Origin: Kondoa subrosea
Taxonomy: Eukaryota
Assembly (NCBI GenBank): GCA_039545335.1
Contig: BCIN01000007.1
Coordinates: 1,046,530-1,110,529 of the forward strand
Length of the DNA stretch: 64,000 nt
Direction: 5' to 3'
The notes below the pieces were generated by a model that saw only the letters and a program-made list of their open reading frames with translations, had not been told where the DNA came from and searched no databases. Below, one piece after another: positions 13,068 to 26,452 of this stretch. A program made the translations under genes and the position numbers. Position 1 is the first letter of the stretch, and each line of letters begins with the position of its first letter.

Positions 13068-16000
13068 ATGGCGGATGCACAAGTGCCTGCAGCTCCTCCT
13101 CTACCAGAAGGCTGGTATGCTACATGGTCAGCCTATATGCTCAGTACATCCTTTGACAAGCAGCTGATGCTCTGCAATTGATAGGAACGCCGAACATTCG
13201 CGATATGTTTTTACAGGTCAGCCTTGTGTTATCGCTATCAGTGTAATCAGAGGCTCAGCTTGCGTTTCATTTTGCCAACAGAGATCGCAAGCGGCAGATC
13301 GCAATGGGAATATCCTGAAGTGCAGCCGCAGCCAGCTCAGACCAATGTCGCGCCTCCTCCTTCTCACCGCTCCAAGCGTCAGTACGCAGCAAACCAAGAT
13401 GAATACTATCTCGGAGGAGCTACAGGGAGCGGTTCAATGGGAACTTCAGGTCAAAGCATGGACTATAATTCTCAATTCGTTCAACCTGGCATGCAACAAC
13501 AGCAGCAACAACCTCAGCAACCTCAGTTCTTCTCACCTGCTGCTGGAGGCGCACCTGTAGCACCTTCATATCCTGGCATGCAAGCTCCCATGCAGCAACA
13601 AAATCAAGGAATTCCTGGTCCTGCACCTTACATGGATGGATCTCAGAACCTGTACGGTCAGCAACAGCATCAACCCTATGGACAGCAAGCTCCTGGTATG
13701 AATCAAATGACCAATCAATTCGGCCAAATGGGCATGGGAGGAGCGAAACCTGTTTGTTGCCAGACTGAAGCAACATTCAGACAACGCTCATTCTGCTGCG
13801 CCTCGATAGTTTCCTGTTCAGACCATCAATTTGATCAACCATCCTCTCAATCCTGCAGAGCTGAGGTCGCAAGCGCCCGAGATCAATTTACCTCCAAATG
13901 TTCGTATCGACCCTAGCAATGTAGCTGCGCTTTGCTAATGTTTATTTCAACTTGTACAGGCTTCTTTCTCCAACCATCCGCTGCGCAATTCGGACGTCTC
14001 CTTCCAACGTAGTACTCTCAATGCAGTGCCAATGAACAGCACCTTACTGAACAAATCGAAAATACCTTTTGCTCTGATTTGCACGCCTTATCGCAGCATC
14101 AAACCTGGAGATGTGCGTATTGAGGGTGCTGATCAGTATAAATCTGATCCTGCTCCCTATTTACGTACAGGCCGAAATCCCAGTGGTTTCGGATACTGTT
14201 ATTGCGAGGTGTAGACGGTGTCGGACATACATCAATCCTTATGTGTAAATCTTCCTGTCTTGTTCGCGACCTTTCCTGACGTTAGCTGCAGGACTTTCAT
14301 CGAAGGCGGCAACCGCTGGAAATGCTCAATGTGCAATCTCTCGAATGAAGTTCCTTCTCTCTTCGACTGGAATCAGCAAACGAATCAACCTGCTGATCGA
14401 TGGCAGCGAGCGGAGCTAAATCATGCTGTTGTCGATTTTGTCGCTCCAACCGAATATATGGTCCGACCACCTCAACCACCAATCTATGTCTTCTTGATCG
14501 ATGTCAGCTATGCTGCTATTCATTCTGGTCAGTTCAAGCGACGAGCGAGACGTCTGAGTCTTAATTCATCTTCTTTTGTGACAGGCATGGTCGCTACTGC
14601 TGCACGAACACTTCTAGAATGCTTAGATCGCCTACCAAATGAAGATAGTAGGACCAAAATCTGCATCATTGGCTTCGACACTGCTTTGCATTTCTTCTCT
14701 CTGACTGTAAGTATCGCGTTATGTCTTGCATGAGGTTCATGCTCACAGTCCACGCATCATCATTTACAGCCCGAATCTACTGAACCCAGCATGCTTGTTG
14801 TTGGCGATTTGGACGACGTTTTCTTACCTTCACCGAACGATCTGCTGTGCAACCTGACTGAATCTAGAGCTGGTATCGAATCACTTCTAGGAAGATTGAA
14901 TGATATGTTTAAGGATACCAATAATGTTGGAAATGCTCTGGGAGCTGGCTTACAAGCTGCTTTCAAACTTGTGGTGCGTGTAGAGCGGCATGTCATCAGC
15001 CTAATCTGATCAGTCTGGTTCTGCTGTGCAGTCCAACATCGGAGGCAAGATCTTCTGCCTTTCTTCTAGTTTACCAACTCTCGGTCCGGGCGCGCTGAAA
15101 AACAGAGATGATCCCAAACTTTTCGGTACTTCGAAAGTCAGTCTTCGTTTCGCGATTTGCTGCCAGCAAGCTAATCTAGTCTATGGCTGACAGGAATCTA
15201 CGCTATTACAACCTGCTACTGAATTCTACAAGAAGCTGGCTATCGAGTGCTCACGTCTTCAGGTTTCAGTCGACATGTGGCTCTTTGGTTCTTCTTATAC
15301 AGATGTAGCTACTCTCAGTGAGTCTCGCTCGAATAACGATATACTCTGGTCTAATAAGGCTGCAGGCGGTCTTCCTCGCTATACTGGTGGTCAAACTTTC
15401 CTCTATCCTGCTTTCGACGCCAGCAGATCGGAAGATGCTCTAAAATTCGCTCACGAATTCTCGGAAGTTGTCACATCGCCTATATTACTTGAAGCTGTCA
15501 TGCGAGTTCGTGCATCAAAAGGTTAGAAGCCGTTTCAGCCCAGCAGACATTCGCTCACTCCTCTTGCTTTCATGATAGGTCTGCGTATGTCTGCTTTCCA
15601 TGGCAACTTCTTTGTTCGCTCGACGGATCTCTTGGCTTTACCTGCTGTGCCGCTCGATCAGTCATATGCTGTTGAGATTCAGATTGAAGATGTACGGATC
15701 TCTCATTTTGCCATTCGCGCGGGACTGATCAGACCTCGGTAGCCCCTCTCTGTCCCATTTGTGGTTTTCCAAACCGCTGTTTTACATACTACGTCATTTG
15801 GTAAGCATCAGCCCTATCACTTAGTACGCTAGAGGCTTACTGGGGTCATCTGTCCTTACAGGCGAGCGTCGCATCCGAGTCGTAACTCTTGCACTGCCAA
15901 CCACAAGCACTATGTCAGAAGTCTTTGCTGGAGTCGATCAAATCGCTCTTGTTACTTTCCTCGCGAACAAAGCTGTCGAGCGTTCCTTGACTGCAAAACT

Positions 16001-17088
16001 AGAAGACGCAAGAGATGCGATAGTAAACAAGCTCGTCGAGATCTTTACTGTCTACAAGACCACCATGACTTCAGCTGGCCAAGGCGCTTCACCTCAATTA
16101 GTCACTTCAGATACCATGAAGTTCTTGCCTTTGCTATTGTTGGGCCTCTTGAAACATGTCAGTACGATGAGCATGTCTGTTCACTGTGCTGATGACAGCA
16201 ATCCTTCCTCCTGACAGGTCGGTCTCCGTCAAAGCGCTCAAATACCTTCCGATCTTCGAGCCTACGCGCAAGCTCTACTCACAACTCTACCATCTCAACT
16301 TCTGATACCTTACTTGCACCCTACTTTCTATGCATTACACAATATGCCTCGAGAGGTAAGTTCAACTGAGTATTCTCGCGGGCGAAACTGAATTCGGGGT
16401 AGTGCGGAACGGTTGGCGATGACGGTGTAGTGATGCCTCCTCCTCTTCCTTTGACCAGCGAAAGGCTAGAAAGGCACGGACTGCATCTCATCGAAGGTAA
16501 GTTCAGAGCTTCACAGCTGCAAATAACTGACTGGATCCGGGTTGCAGATGGTCAAAATATCTTCTTATGGGTTGGAAGGGATGCTGTACCGCAACTCATT
16601 CAAGATGTATTTGATCTGCCGTCAATCTCCGAACTACACGGCGGAAAGGTACATTCATTGGTTGCTTCCACAAGTCTGGATGCTCATTTCTCGTAGTCAA
16701 CCCTGCCGATACTCGAGAACTCTTTCTCCCAGAGAGTCAATGCCATTATTGGCAAAGTTCGAGAATCGAGACGAGGTCCTTATTGTATGTCTTCCGCTTC
16801 GATGCGTGTTCTCAAGCTTACGCCTTGTAGATCCGCATCTCTATATCGTCAAAGAAGATACAGACTCACCTTCCCTGCGTATGTGGGCTCTGTCCGCACT
16901 AATCGAAGGTATGCGGAATCCGCCAGACTATAGTCTGGCTCTGACACAGTGTACTACAGATCGTCAAGAACCTGCTCCTTCATACAATCAGTTCTTGCAG
17001 ACTATTAAGGGTGAGTTTCGGTTTTTGCGCAATCCCGCTGAAAGTCTATCGCTAATTACTTCCAATAGACAAAGTGAATGGCACATAG
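13068..17088 (+). CDS. SEC24: COPII coat subunit Sec24 with N-terminal WW-like domain
   Basis: Zinc finger [80 protein letters not shown]; gelsolin-like C-terminus ending KVNGT*. Confidence 0.96.
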
Positions 17089-17469
17089 AGGAATTTTAGG
17101 GGTTTGCTGTAGAAACGCATCGTAGTTATCATATTGGAACATGTTCTAGCATTCAATCGAAATTGCTTTCGATACTCGCTTGGTCTGATTCGTCTTGCGG
17201 CCGTTCAAATAGAAACCAGATATATATATTGCAGGCCTGCCCCTTAATCTTTGTGGTATATTATACTTGTACACGTATACGCGACTAATAGCTTTTGATG
17301 TAAACGAGTGTGGTTACTGATTTTTGCTACTACTTAAAAGCCCTAGAATAGATTAGAAAAGATTGTCCATCGAACCCAAATCTGCCAAGAAGATAAGCCT
17401 GTGATGCGAGTAGGATGTAGCACCGACACGTACAAATAAATTCGCTTGGAAAGTCAGAAAATTGATGAT

Positions 17470-20400
17470 TTAGTTGAACATGGTCGAGGAACCTTGAAGT
17501 TGAGGACGACTGATTGATACTTGTCCAGTCTTGAGACGTCTAGAGCCTTCTGCCCGAGCACTAACATCTGAATAGCCACTGAAACGACGATCGTCAGAGA
17601 AAGGATTTGGTTCAGAGTTTCTTGGACTGATAGAGATAGGTCGGGGTGAACCAGCGTTCTCGTCCGCATCGCCATCTTGCATGTAATGACCACTATACCA
17701 AGAGTATCCGCGGTTGTTAGGTACAGAAGAGCGAGAAGATCGATCGCTGTTGGAAGAAGCATCTGAATAGCTGCTTTGCGGTCTTGCGCCAGGTCGCGCT
17801 GATCCAGAGTAAGCTCCAGAAAAGCGACCAGGGGAATGAAGAGGCGAATTGGGCCCTCCTGAACCGAGTTGAAGTTGTCGCATTGGAGGAGCTGTAGCTG
17901 CTTCCGCTGCTTTCCTTTTCTTCAAGTAACGGAAACCAAGGAAAGCTGTCAGAAGAACAATGACCGAACCAAAAGAAGCGACCACGGCGATGATAGTAGT
18001 CTTGTTGCTGTCTTTATTGTCATCGGTTGAGAAAGCACCACTCTTTGCGTTGATTCCAGTTCCATAGGCATTCAAAGGTAAAGAAGGGTTGATTTGCAGC
18101 GCTAGTTGACCAGGCATATCGGTTTGATCGTAAAGAGGGGAAGTAGGGGTTGAGAGGTAAGCAGCCAATTGATCCACTTTATCAGTCGGCACATATCCAG
18201 TCCAAACAGTCAAGACCACCGCTTGAGCAGCTGAAGAGAAATCGGTGCTCTGATAACCCAAAAGGGCATTGTTAACGATTTCACTTTGATCGATGTCGAG
18301 AGCTCGGGAAAGAAGAGGTGGCATGTAAAGAAGAATTTGGCCAGCTGAGCTTTCGTTGGTGGAAACAAAAGACCAAGGTAGACCTTCATCGAAGAGAATA
18401 GAAATCAATGAAGAGCCTTCTGGAGCTGTAGTTGGTGCGCCAACAGGAACGATCTTCGCTGGTAAATCTGAAGGGAAAGAGATTTTAGCGGTAATGGTAG
18501 TGATGGGCTGTTCTGCCAAAGAGACGGAATCGGAAGTGGATGCAGCTTCAGTTGTCGTGGTCGTTGGTCGTCTTGTAGTTGAACCAGCCAAAAACAGACT
18601 GCTTGTTGGAACGAAGTCGTAGTTGCTGTAGTCCTGAAGCATTCAGTATGTTTGTAACAACCAGAAAAAATGGGACTTACGCAGAAGAAGTGGTCCTAGT
18701 AGCAGATGAGCGAGTATACGAGGATTCTGTTGCGCTCGAAGACTCCGCTTCCTGACTTTGCGAAGTCACGACAGATGAAGAAGTAGCAGCTGCATTCCCA
18801 CTGTTTGATCCAGATGAGACTTGCGCAGGTCGAGACGTTTCGCTAGTCTGCGAATCACCGCTGATTGTTTGGGATGCCACGAAAGATCTCGAATTGGTAA
18901 TTGAAGTAGCATTACCGACTACTGGAGGCAATCCGGTAGATAAGCTGAATGTGCCGGACGCAGGTGCTGATCTAGTGTTTGAGCTGGAAGGTGGTAATGG
19001 TCGCCCTGAAGAGAAGACAGGAGGAATACCGGTAGAGGATGTTTCGGGTTGACCGGAAGAAGAAACTTGAGGTTTTTCGGTGGAAGAAGACGAAGGAGCG
19101 CCTGCGCTTTGTGTTCGAGATCCAGATTGCGTCTCTGGGAGACCAGTCGTTGTCTGTAAGACGTGAAGGGCTTTGATCAGCTGCGTACTGAAACAAAAGC
19201 TACCACACTCACAGCAGAAGTAGAATCAGGTTCAGAGACTGGTTGAGATCGAGTAGACCGAACGCTTGAGCTGTCTTCACCTGGTGCAGCGTTGGAGGCA
19301 GTATTGACCGGTGGAGAAACAGTCGGATCAGCAGAGCCTTGAGAACGAGTAGGAGCCGGACGAGTTGCAGAAGAAGAAGAAGGAGATGGTTCATCATCAG
19401 TTGCCGCAGGTCTAGAAGGTTCTTGTGCCGATGATCTGGTTGTAGTTGTGAAAATGGGTAAAGCAGAAAGAGATAGATCAATTCCTCCAACCAGAGAAGT
19501 GCTTTGTCCAATCCGACTAGTAGTAGGACGACTGTCTTGCGAGTCGCGACTTGTAGTTGGTGTAGTTGGTTCTCCATTAGTGCTTGAAGTAGGTCGAACG
19601 GTTCTTGAAGTAGTTGCACTGTCTTCTGAACCAGGAACGGGAATAGTATTGACTGGTCTAGAAGTAGTGGTATCTTCTCCTTGTTCGCCTCGAGATGTAG
19701 TGAGTTCCAGTCCAGGAATGGAGATCAAAGTTGGCAGAGCTGCAACACTGGTAGTTCGAGATGTTCGAACTGATGTTGTCTCGTCTGCATCGGTATCACG
19801 GGTATTAGAGCGAGAGGCTAAACATTAACGAATCAGCACGTGAGATATGAACAGCTTATTCAAAACTTACTTGTTGGCTCAGCACCTCCGAGCGAAATAT
19901 CAATCAAACTAGGTAAAAGTCCAGCTGAGGTAGTTCTTCTACTACTAGTCGTCTCATCGTTGTCATTCACATCGCTAGTCCTGCTGGTAGCAACGCTCGA
20001 TCTGGTTGGTTCCTCTTGTTCGGCAGTAATTCGACTTGTAGTTGGCTGAGTTTCTTCGTCTGTTTGCGATCTGGTAGGACGAGCGGTCTCTTCTTCTTTC
20101 GAAGTATTACCAAGATCGATAGAAATGAGAGGAGGTAATCCAGCGGTAGCTAGTTGAATTTTCATCAGCGCGTATCTTTGAATAGGTCACTGAAAGAGAA
20201 AGCTCACTGCTTGACCCTGACTCTGGAGTAGGGGAAGGAACAGTATTGACCGGCTTCGAAGTCTGTCTTGAAGTTCTTGTGTCTTCATCACCCAGATCAG
20301 AAGTAGGAATAGCGATACTGATTGTAATGGGAAGAAGTGGTTCATCTTTGGAGGAAGTAGTAGCAGCTGACGCAGTGGGTTGATCTTCTGTAGAGCTTGT

Positions 20401-21015
20401 AGTCTGAGCAGCGGTTTGTTCTTCTTTTGCATTGGAAGAAGATGTAGGCTTGTTTTCTTCCTGTTGTGCCTGAGAGGTAGAAGTTTCAGCTGGAGGAGTA
20501 TAAGTTGAGCTTGATCGTTCGGCTTGAGTGCTTGAACTTGAAGTGGGCGTGTTTTCTTCTTCTTTCGAAGCAGTTGTTGGCTGCGCAGGTGAATCTGAAG
20601 ATGACGGAGATGTCTGACTTTGGGTGCCAGGATCTTCAGCAGCAGAAGAAGGATCAACAGGCGTTGTCACTGCAGCAGCATTCATTCGACCATTGTCATT
20701 TGACATGGAGGGAGGTAAAGCTGTTGCTGTACGAGAAGCAGTAGAAGAAGGAGCACTCTCGCTCGTGGTTGAGTTGGCCGACGTGCCAGCACTGAAGACA
20801 GATCCGTCTTCCTCTGCCGCTTCTTGTCTCTTCAATACCGGTACGGCAGTTGCTCGTTTTCGGCTGTACCGAGGAGCGACATTGCTGCCATGATCGAGGA
20901 AACCGCCAGATAGAGCTCGACGTTGATGTTTGGATAGAGTCTTTTCTGCATTGACAAGAGAAGTGGAAGCCGCGAGAAGAGCTATGAATAATCTTTGGAA
21001 GGTGATGGCAACCAT
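17470..21015 (-). CDS. MSB2: Signalling mucin, Msb2/Hkr1 family
   Basis: Signal peptide (MVAITFQRLFIALLAASTSLVNA), very long S/T-rich region over several exons, HMH-like domain (SLISILFDEGLPWSFVSTNESSAGQILLYMP..LSTPTSPLY), one TM helix, cytoplasmic tail ending ISRPQLQGSSTMFN. Confidence 0.85.
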
Positions 21016-21785
21016 TTCGCTGTGTCTTCAGCGCTTCTTGAACGTGGGAGTGGTGCAGGCAAGTAGCAGACAAGTCGAGAGACAGAGCTTGGACCAGGTG
21101 AGGTCAGCTTCTTTTTGAGATTCAAACGAGTGGATAGGTTTTGTTATGTGTGAGAATACCGTTGACGCGATATGCAGGGACGAATGTTGCTCTTGAGATA
21201 GTCTATGCAAGCACCAGGCCTACGACGTTGAACAAGAGCCTCAAATTTTGGCCAAAGAGAAGAGAAGCTGTGCTAGAAATCTGCTCTTCACGACAAATTG
21301 CTTGCTTTGTTTATGTAAGGGTTCTAAAAGAGCGTGGGGGTTATATAGAGAGCTGGGTAACAAGGTTGCAGGACTCCAGTTGACTGTCCAAGAGCAAAAG
21401 ACTTGCGAAAGAAATCAATTCTTCGTTGAGTGGAAGGAAGATTCGATTGAATCATGCATGCGCCCCTCTTTGATGGCGGGAGCAGATGAATACAGAAGGG
21501 GATTAAGCTCTATAGGTACACCTCATTCCCTGCCCTGTATGGTATTGCTATTCCTAGCGAACGTTACTGCCCGCTCGGTACGCGTCCTGCCTGTTGGTCG
21601 CGAATTGTCTCTGCATAACCAAAAGTGGATGTTGGTCAGTCAGAGAGCGGCATATAGTTGTAGTACCTACGCGAACCAACCGAGATCGGTCGCAATGCTC
21701 ATCACAGTCCAGTCCAGCCTTGGAACAATTTCAAGCCAAATTCAAACCGGATTTCTTGCGTTCGTCCATGGTTGCATGACTGGTG

Positions 21786-22716
21786 TTAGGTCTGCACCAC
21801 AAGCCTAAGCTTTGGACCGTCGAGATCGAGAGAATGTGGCTCACTCAATCAGATCCACAGCGAAACAGCCAATGAACAAAACCAAAGCCAACGCTACAGT
21901 CCACTGAACGCTCGCACAAGCGTCATACAGATCCAAATTCAGCAGAATGAGATAAGCTGGATCACCGACATGAGATTGTGAAGCTTAGTAAGCAAGAGAA
22001 GAGAAAGTTTCACCTATAGCTAAAATCCCACATAGAGCGCCAAAAACTGATTTGAGAATCAATGAAAGCCGTAACAGTGTGTCATATTTGTAGGCTTTGT
22101 GCAAGAGGGCCGAATGAGCTATGAAGAAGATTGCAGCTGTTAAATAACCGGTGCTAAAAGCGTGAATCATCATCCTCGCCAATTGATCAGATCGAGCGTT
22201 AGTGGAACTTACACGAAGGTAGATAGACAAGCTCCATGCGGTAATTCCTTCTGTTTTGTATCGAAGATCGTCAAGAGCACCAATCCAACACTTCCGCCTA
22301 GAGTGAAGAAAATGGCGATATCGAAAAGGACTTTTTGCGCAGTAGTAGTATGTGGTAATAATCGACCTGATCTTCTGAAGGATCGCTCGATTACAAGACT
22401 AGTATTGAAGAACAAAACCGTTATAATGCTTCCGGTGACGAAAAGAGGTTTGAGTCGGTCTGCACCCTGTCGAAATAGGTCAGAGGAGATGATGAATACA
22501 CAGTCAAAGCTCACGAGATCAGAAATGAAGCCTATCGACTGTTTATTATCCATCGAGGAGAAATGAGGTTGACCTCGAGAAACCCAATCGCCGATCAGCG
22601 CGACAAGAGTGACTATATCCAAGTCAGCAGAAGTACCGATGTAGACTACTGCTCTACTGACTGAGCCAAACTAAAGCAGCGCAGATCGGGAGAATCCAAT
22701 ATGAGATTTTGAGCAT
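21786..22716 (-). CDS. Sfk1/Frag1/DRAM family membrane protein (3' end approximate)
   Basis: MLKISYWILPICAALVWL..TLVALIGDWVSRGQPHF..IGFISD..GADRLKPLFVTGS..ERSFRRSGRLLP..GLVLLTIFDT; multiple hydrophobic helices. Confidence 0.8.
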
Positions 22717-23130
22717 ATTAGGACGAGCGCAAAGAAGATCAACAGCGGCGTTATAGTATGTATAGGTATGCGAACGAGAGAAGCATCTCGTGAACCAAGC
22801 CTAGCTGAAGCCCGGTCAGCTTCGTCGGCATTGCCAAGCACAACTCGAGTTGCTGAGTTGCTCGAGGATGGGAGTACAGAAAGATGACTAGGCCGAGAAA
22901 GCGAGCGGGGAGAAAAGGTAGTGTATGTCAGACATACGACTTGCAGACGTCATGAGACATGACTGTTCGCAGCAAGAACTGAATGTAATATGTTGTAGAC
23001 AATTAGTAATTTCTAGTTTCTCCACATTTCAGATGCTGACGCGCTTCAACGATATGCCATAGGCTATAGCGTCAGGTTGCAACTTGGCAAGCAGACATCT
23101 GGTCGCAGCATAACACTATCTCTCGCTTCC

Positions 23131-25442
23131 ATGTCTCCAAATATTGAGAGATGTGATGTCTTGATTTGCGGCTCAGGTAGTGTACGCTTCTGTAGCAGCA
23201 TCTACACTACTGGATTTGTGCTGATTCGTGCTGATCCATTCTATAGGCGGGCATCTTTGCTGCTGCCTGGTTAGCTCGCTATGGCGTCAAGTGTATTGTG
23301 CTCGAGAAACGAGATGGTCCACTTATGCAAGTCTCAAGCTTTACGTCTGCTTGACCAGGAAGCTGAAATTTAGTAGTATGGGCCAGGTAGTTTCGGCGCT
23401 AAACAGACGCAGCAGTGCATTAACAAATGAGGTTCGCTCAAGAGTTCAAGCTGTAGTTGTTCCAGTTTGCTGATCTGCGTGTTTTTTTTCTTGCTGTAGA
23501 TTAGGCAGATGGAGTACAATGCCGTACTGTCGAAATTTTCGAGTCGTTTGGCTTGTCAGAAGAACTGCTTCGTGAAGCTTACGTAAGCTCAACTATCAAC
23601 CGCTCTGCACGAAAGACTGAGAGCATTTACTCAGCATGTCAACGAAGTCGCATTCTGGGCAGACGAAGGCAACGGCATAGTCAGAACAGGTTAGCAAGAC
23701 AACAGCACAATTTAGCATAATGATAAACTGATGTCAATGACCAGGCAGAACAGCAGACACTCAGCCGGTATGTACAGCATTCATCCTATTACTTCACTGA
23801 TAATCTGGTCAGGGTCTATCTCACCTGCCTCACGTCATACTGAATCAAGCTCGGATTAATGGCTTGATGCTTGAAGCGATGAAGAGATGGAACAACCAAG
23901 GTATCACGTATTCTACGGAAGTTCATGATCTCAAGATCGATGAGGATGGTTGCTCGGATCCTTCTTCTTATCCTGTTACTGTTACGGCATTTCGAGATGG
24001 TCAAGATGTAACTTATCAAGCCAAATACGCGATCGCAAGCGAAGGCGCTCATAGTCAAGTCAGGAAAAGTCTGGGCTTTCAAATGATTGGGGACAGGACA
24101 GATGTAGTTTGGGCTGTTATTGATCTTTACCCACAAACCAATTTCCCCGATATACGCAAGAAAATCACTATACACAGCAAGAATGGAAGTCTACTCGTTA
24201 TACCTAGAGAGGGTGGATCTCTAGCCAGACTGTATATTGAACTTCCAGAAGGCACGGATCCGAAATCGGTTGAGAAGGATCAGATCATCAAGACTGCTCA
24301 ATGTATCTTTGCGCCGTATAGTCTGGAGGTAGCCGATGTCTTTTGGTACATCTATCATATTTCGTGATTACCCAGCTGACATGGGAAATTGTTCAGGTGG
24401 AGCTGTTATGCGATTGGCCAGCGTCTGATCGATCATATGCACGCGCATCAAAGAGTCTTCATGGCCGGCGATACTGCGCATTCGCACTCACCCAAAGCTG
24501 GACAAGGCATGAACGCTTCCTTGCAAGATGGCTACAATATAGGCTGGAAACTTGCTCTTATTCTGCAAGGTCGAGCCAAGCCGGAGTTAATAAATACTTA
24601 CGCTCAAGAACGCGGTCAAACGGCTAAGCAACTCATTGATTTCGATCGATATTGGTCGAAATTGTTCAAGCGAAAGAAAGAGGGAGAAGATCCGCAGGAC
24701 TTCAATCAGGCTTTCGTTCAAGCTGGTCGCTATACAGCTGGATTGACTGCAAAGTACGAACAGTCTTGTATCACCAATGTCGAACAAAGCCGGCAAAATC
24801 TAGCAAGCAAACTTACAGTTGGTATGCGATTACCTTCTACTCTCGTCGTGAGAGTATGCGACGTCAAGTCACTGCAACTAGTCAAAGCTTTCCCTAGCGA
24901 TGGTCGATTCAGGATTCTCATATTTGGCGGAAATATGCAAGATCAGAACAGCAAAGATCGATTGCACAACCTCGCTGACTATTTGAACTCGGCTGCTTCA
25001 CCTATAAGAAAGTATACTAGGAAAGGAGAAGACTTTGATAGCTTTATTGAAATCATCCTTGTCCTTGCTGGAGACCGTCTCAAGGTTGAGCAAGATCAAC
25101 TTCCCGACTGCTTCTGGCCGACTACTGGGAAATATAAGATGAGGGATCTACATAAGATGTGAGCACTTAGATATCTCCGCGATCGCTGTGCTGATAGTAT
25201 GTCAGATTTATCGATGATGTTGGAAACGATTTGACGCACGGGCATACATATAATTTCTATGGCGTTGATCCATCCAAAGGTGCTTTAGCAATCATTAGAC
25301 CTGATCAATGTGAGATCCCCGCTGTTCCTGCAATTGGTGCTGATCGAAACATTGATCTGCAGATGTGTCGGCTGTTTTCGATCTAGCTGAGCACGAGCTG
25401 CTCTTGGCCTTTTTCGATGGTTGGGCCATTCCTAATCAGTAA
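23131..25442 (+). CDS. Phenol 2-monooxygenase-like FAD-dependent aromatic hydroxylase
   Basis: DVLICGSGSAG FAD motif; GQADGVQCRTVEI; YAIASEGAHSQVRK; TNFPDIR; RVFMAGDTAHSHSPKAGQGMNASLQDGYNIGWKL; C-terminal SDGRFRILIFGG and IIRPDQ dimerisation domain. Confidence 0.93.
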
Positions 25443-26010
25443 TTCCCAAACCTGATAAGGTTAGGGTCTAGGATGGATTTTGTTCACGGGGCATCTCGGA
25501 AAATGCTTACTAATAGGGAATCATTCGGACCTTTCGTCTTTCTACACTATCAAGACCTGGTTCTCTGCTTTTGCACTGCTTCTCTCTCTTCAGCTGCATT
25601 ACATTCTCTGATAATTTTCTGTTATGGCTGTGATATTTCTACCTCTCTTCACTGGAAATCGAATGCGATCAGCCCTTATTTGAAGCTGTTTGTTGAATCT
25701 CTTTGTGATCTGGCTACATCTCATGCTGTCCACTTACTCTGTAGCAGTATCTCTTTCCTAGATTATTACTATGCTCTGGTTTTGTTCACTTTAGCACTTA
25801 TTGTTCAGCGGCTGCAGCTATACAAGTCTTGCCGACCTGATATCGCCTACTGTTCCTAGGAACCGCCTGGTATTAAGGATACCATGCTGGTGAGTTGGCG
25901 CACTCTTCTCTCTGTCGTGTTGTAATGTCTCTACCTCAAGTCCATTCATGTCTCTACCGCGTGGTCTATAGAACAGGTGAAGGACGGACTGCGCGGCAGA
26001 TTGAAGCGCA

Positions 26011-26046
26011 CAGCGCTGAGCTGTGCTGAGCTGAGCTGAGCTGAGC
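26011..26046. repeat. (GCTGA)n pentanucleotide microsatellite
   Basis: gcgctgagctgtgctgagctgagctgagctgagcg: about 6 units, one imperfect. Confidence 0.8.
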
Positions 26047-26452
26047 GTGCCGCGCATGCAGATTCGAAAACCGTTGCTTGACCTGTCAGAAGTTGCAAAT
26101 AGTAATTGTGAGTATTAGAAGTTATTGAGGCGATGCGAAACTGCTAGCTCAGCACATGTAACCTCAGCTTGAATTGATCATGAGCCAGAAGTATTTCCCG
26201 TGTAAGTATAGCCGCTGCAAGTGACTACATCATTTCCTTTACATCTTCCAAGCAGGTTTGGGATCTGCCGCAGAGTCGGCTTTCTCTCGACTCATATGAC
26301 CCAGACGATGTAGAAACAATGCGAGCAACGCAGACAACGGACACAATGCGACACAGAATTGCTGCTGCCCTTTTGTTATTTTGAAATGCTTTGTTCTTCA
26401 GTTGCCTGCGACATGGACATCAGATGTACGCCTTGTTCTGCTCATCACTAGC

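Noticed and set aside
23131..25442. Phenol monooxygenase as part of the mycosporine module
   Set aside because: It lies about 19 kb away with many housekeeping genes between, and the family is typical of aromatic catabolism.
25455..25475. Telomere-like GGGTTAGGGTCTAGG
   Set aside because: Fewer than two perfect units; compatible with chance.
25473..26057. ORFs 25473-25859 (+) and 25818-26057 (-) as genes
   Set aside because: No recognisable domain or coherent exon chain; may be intergenic or a decayed relic.
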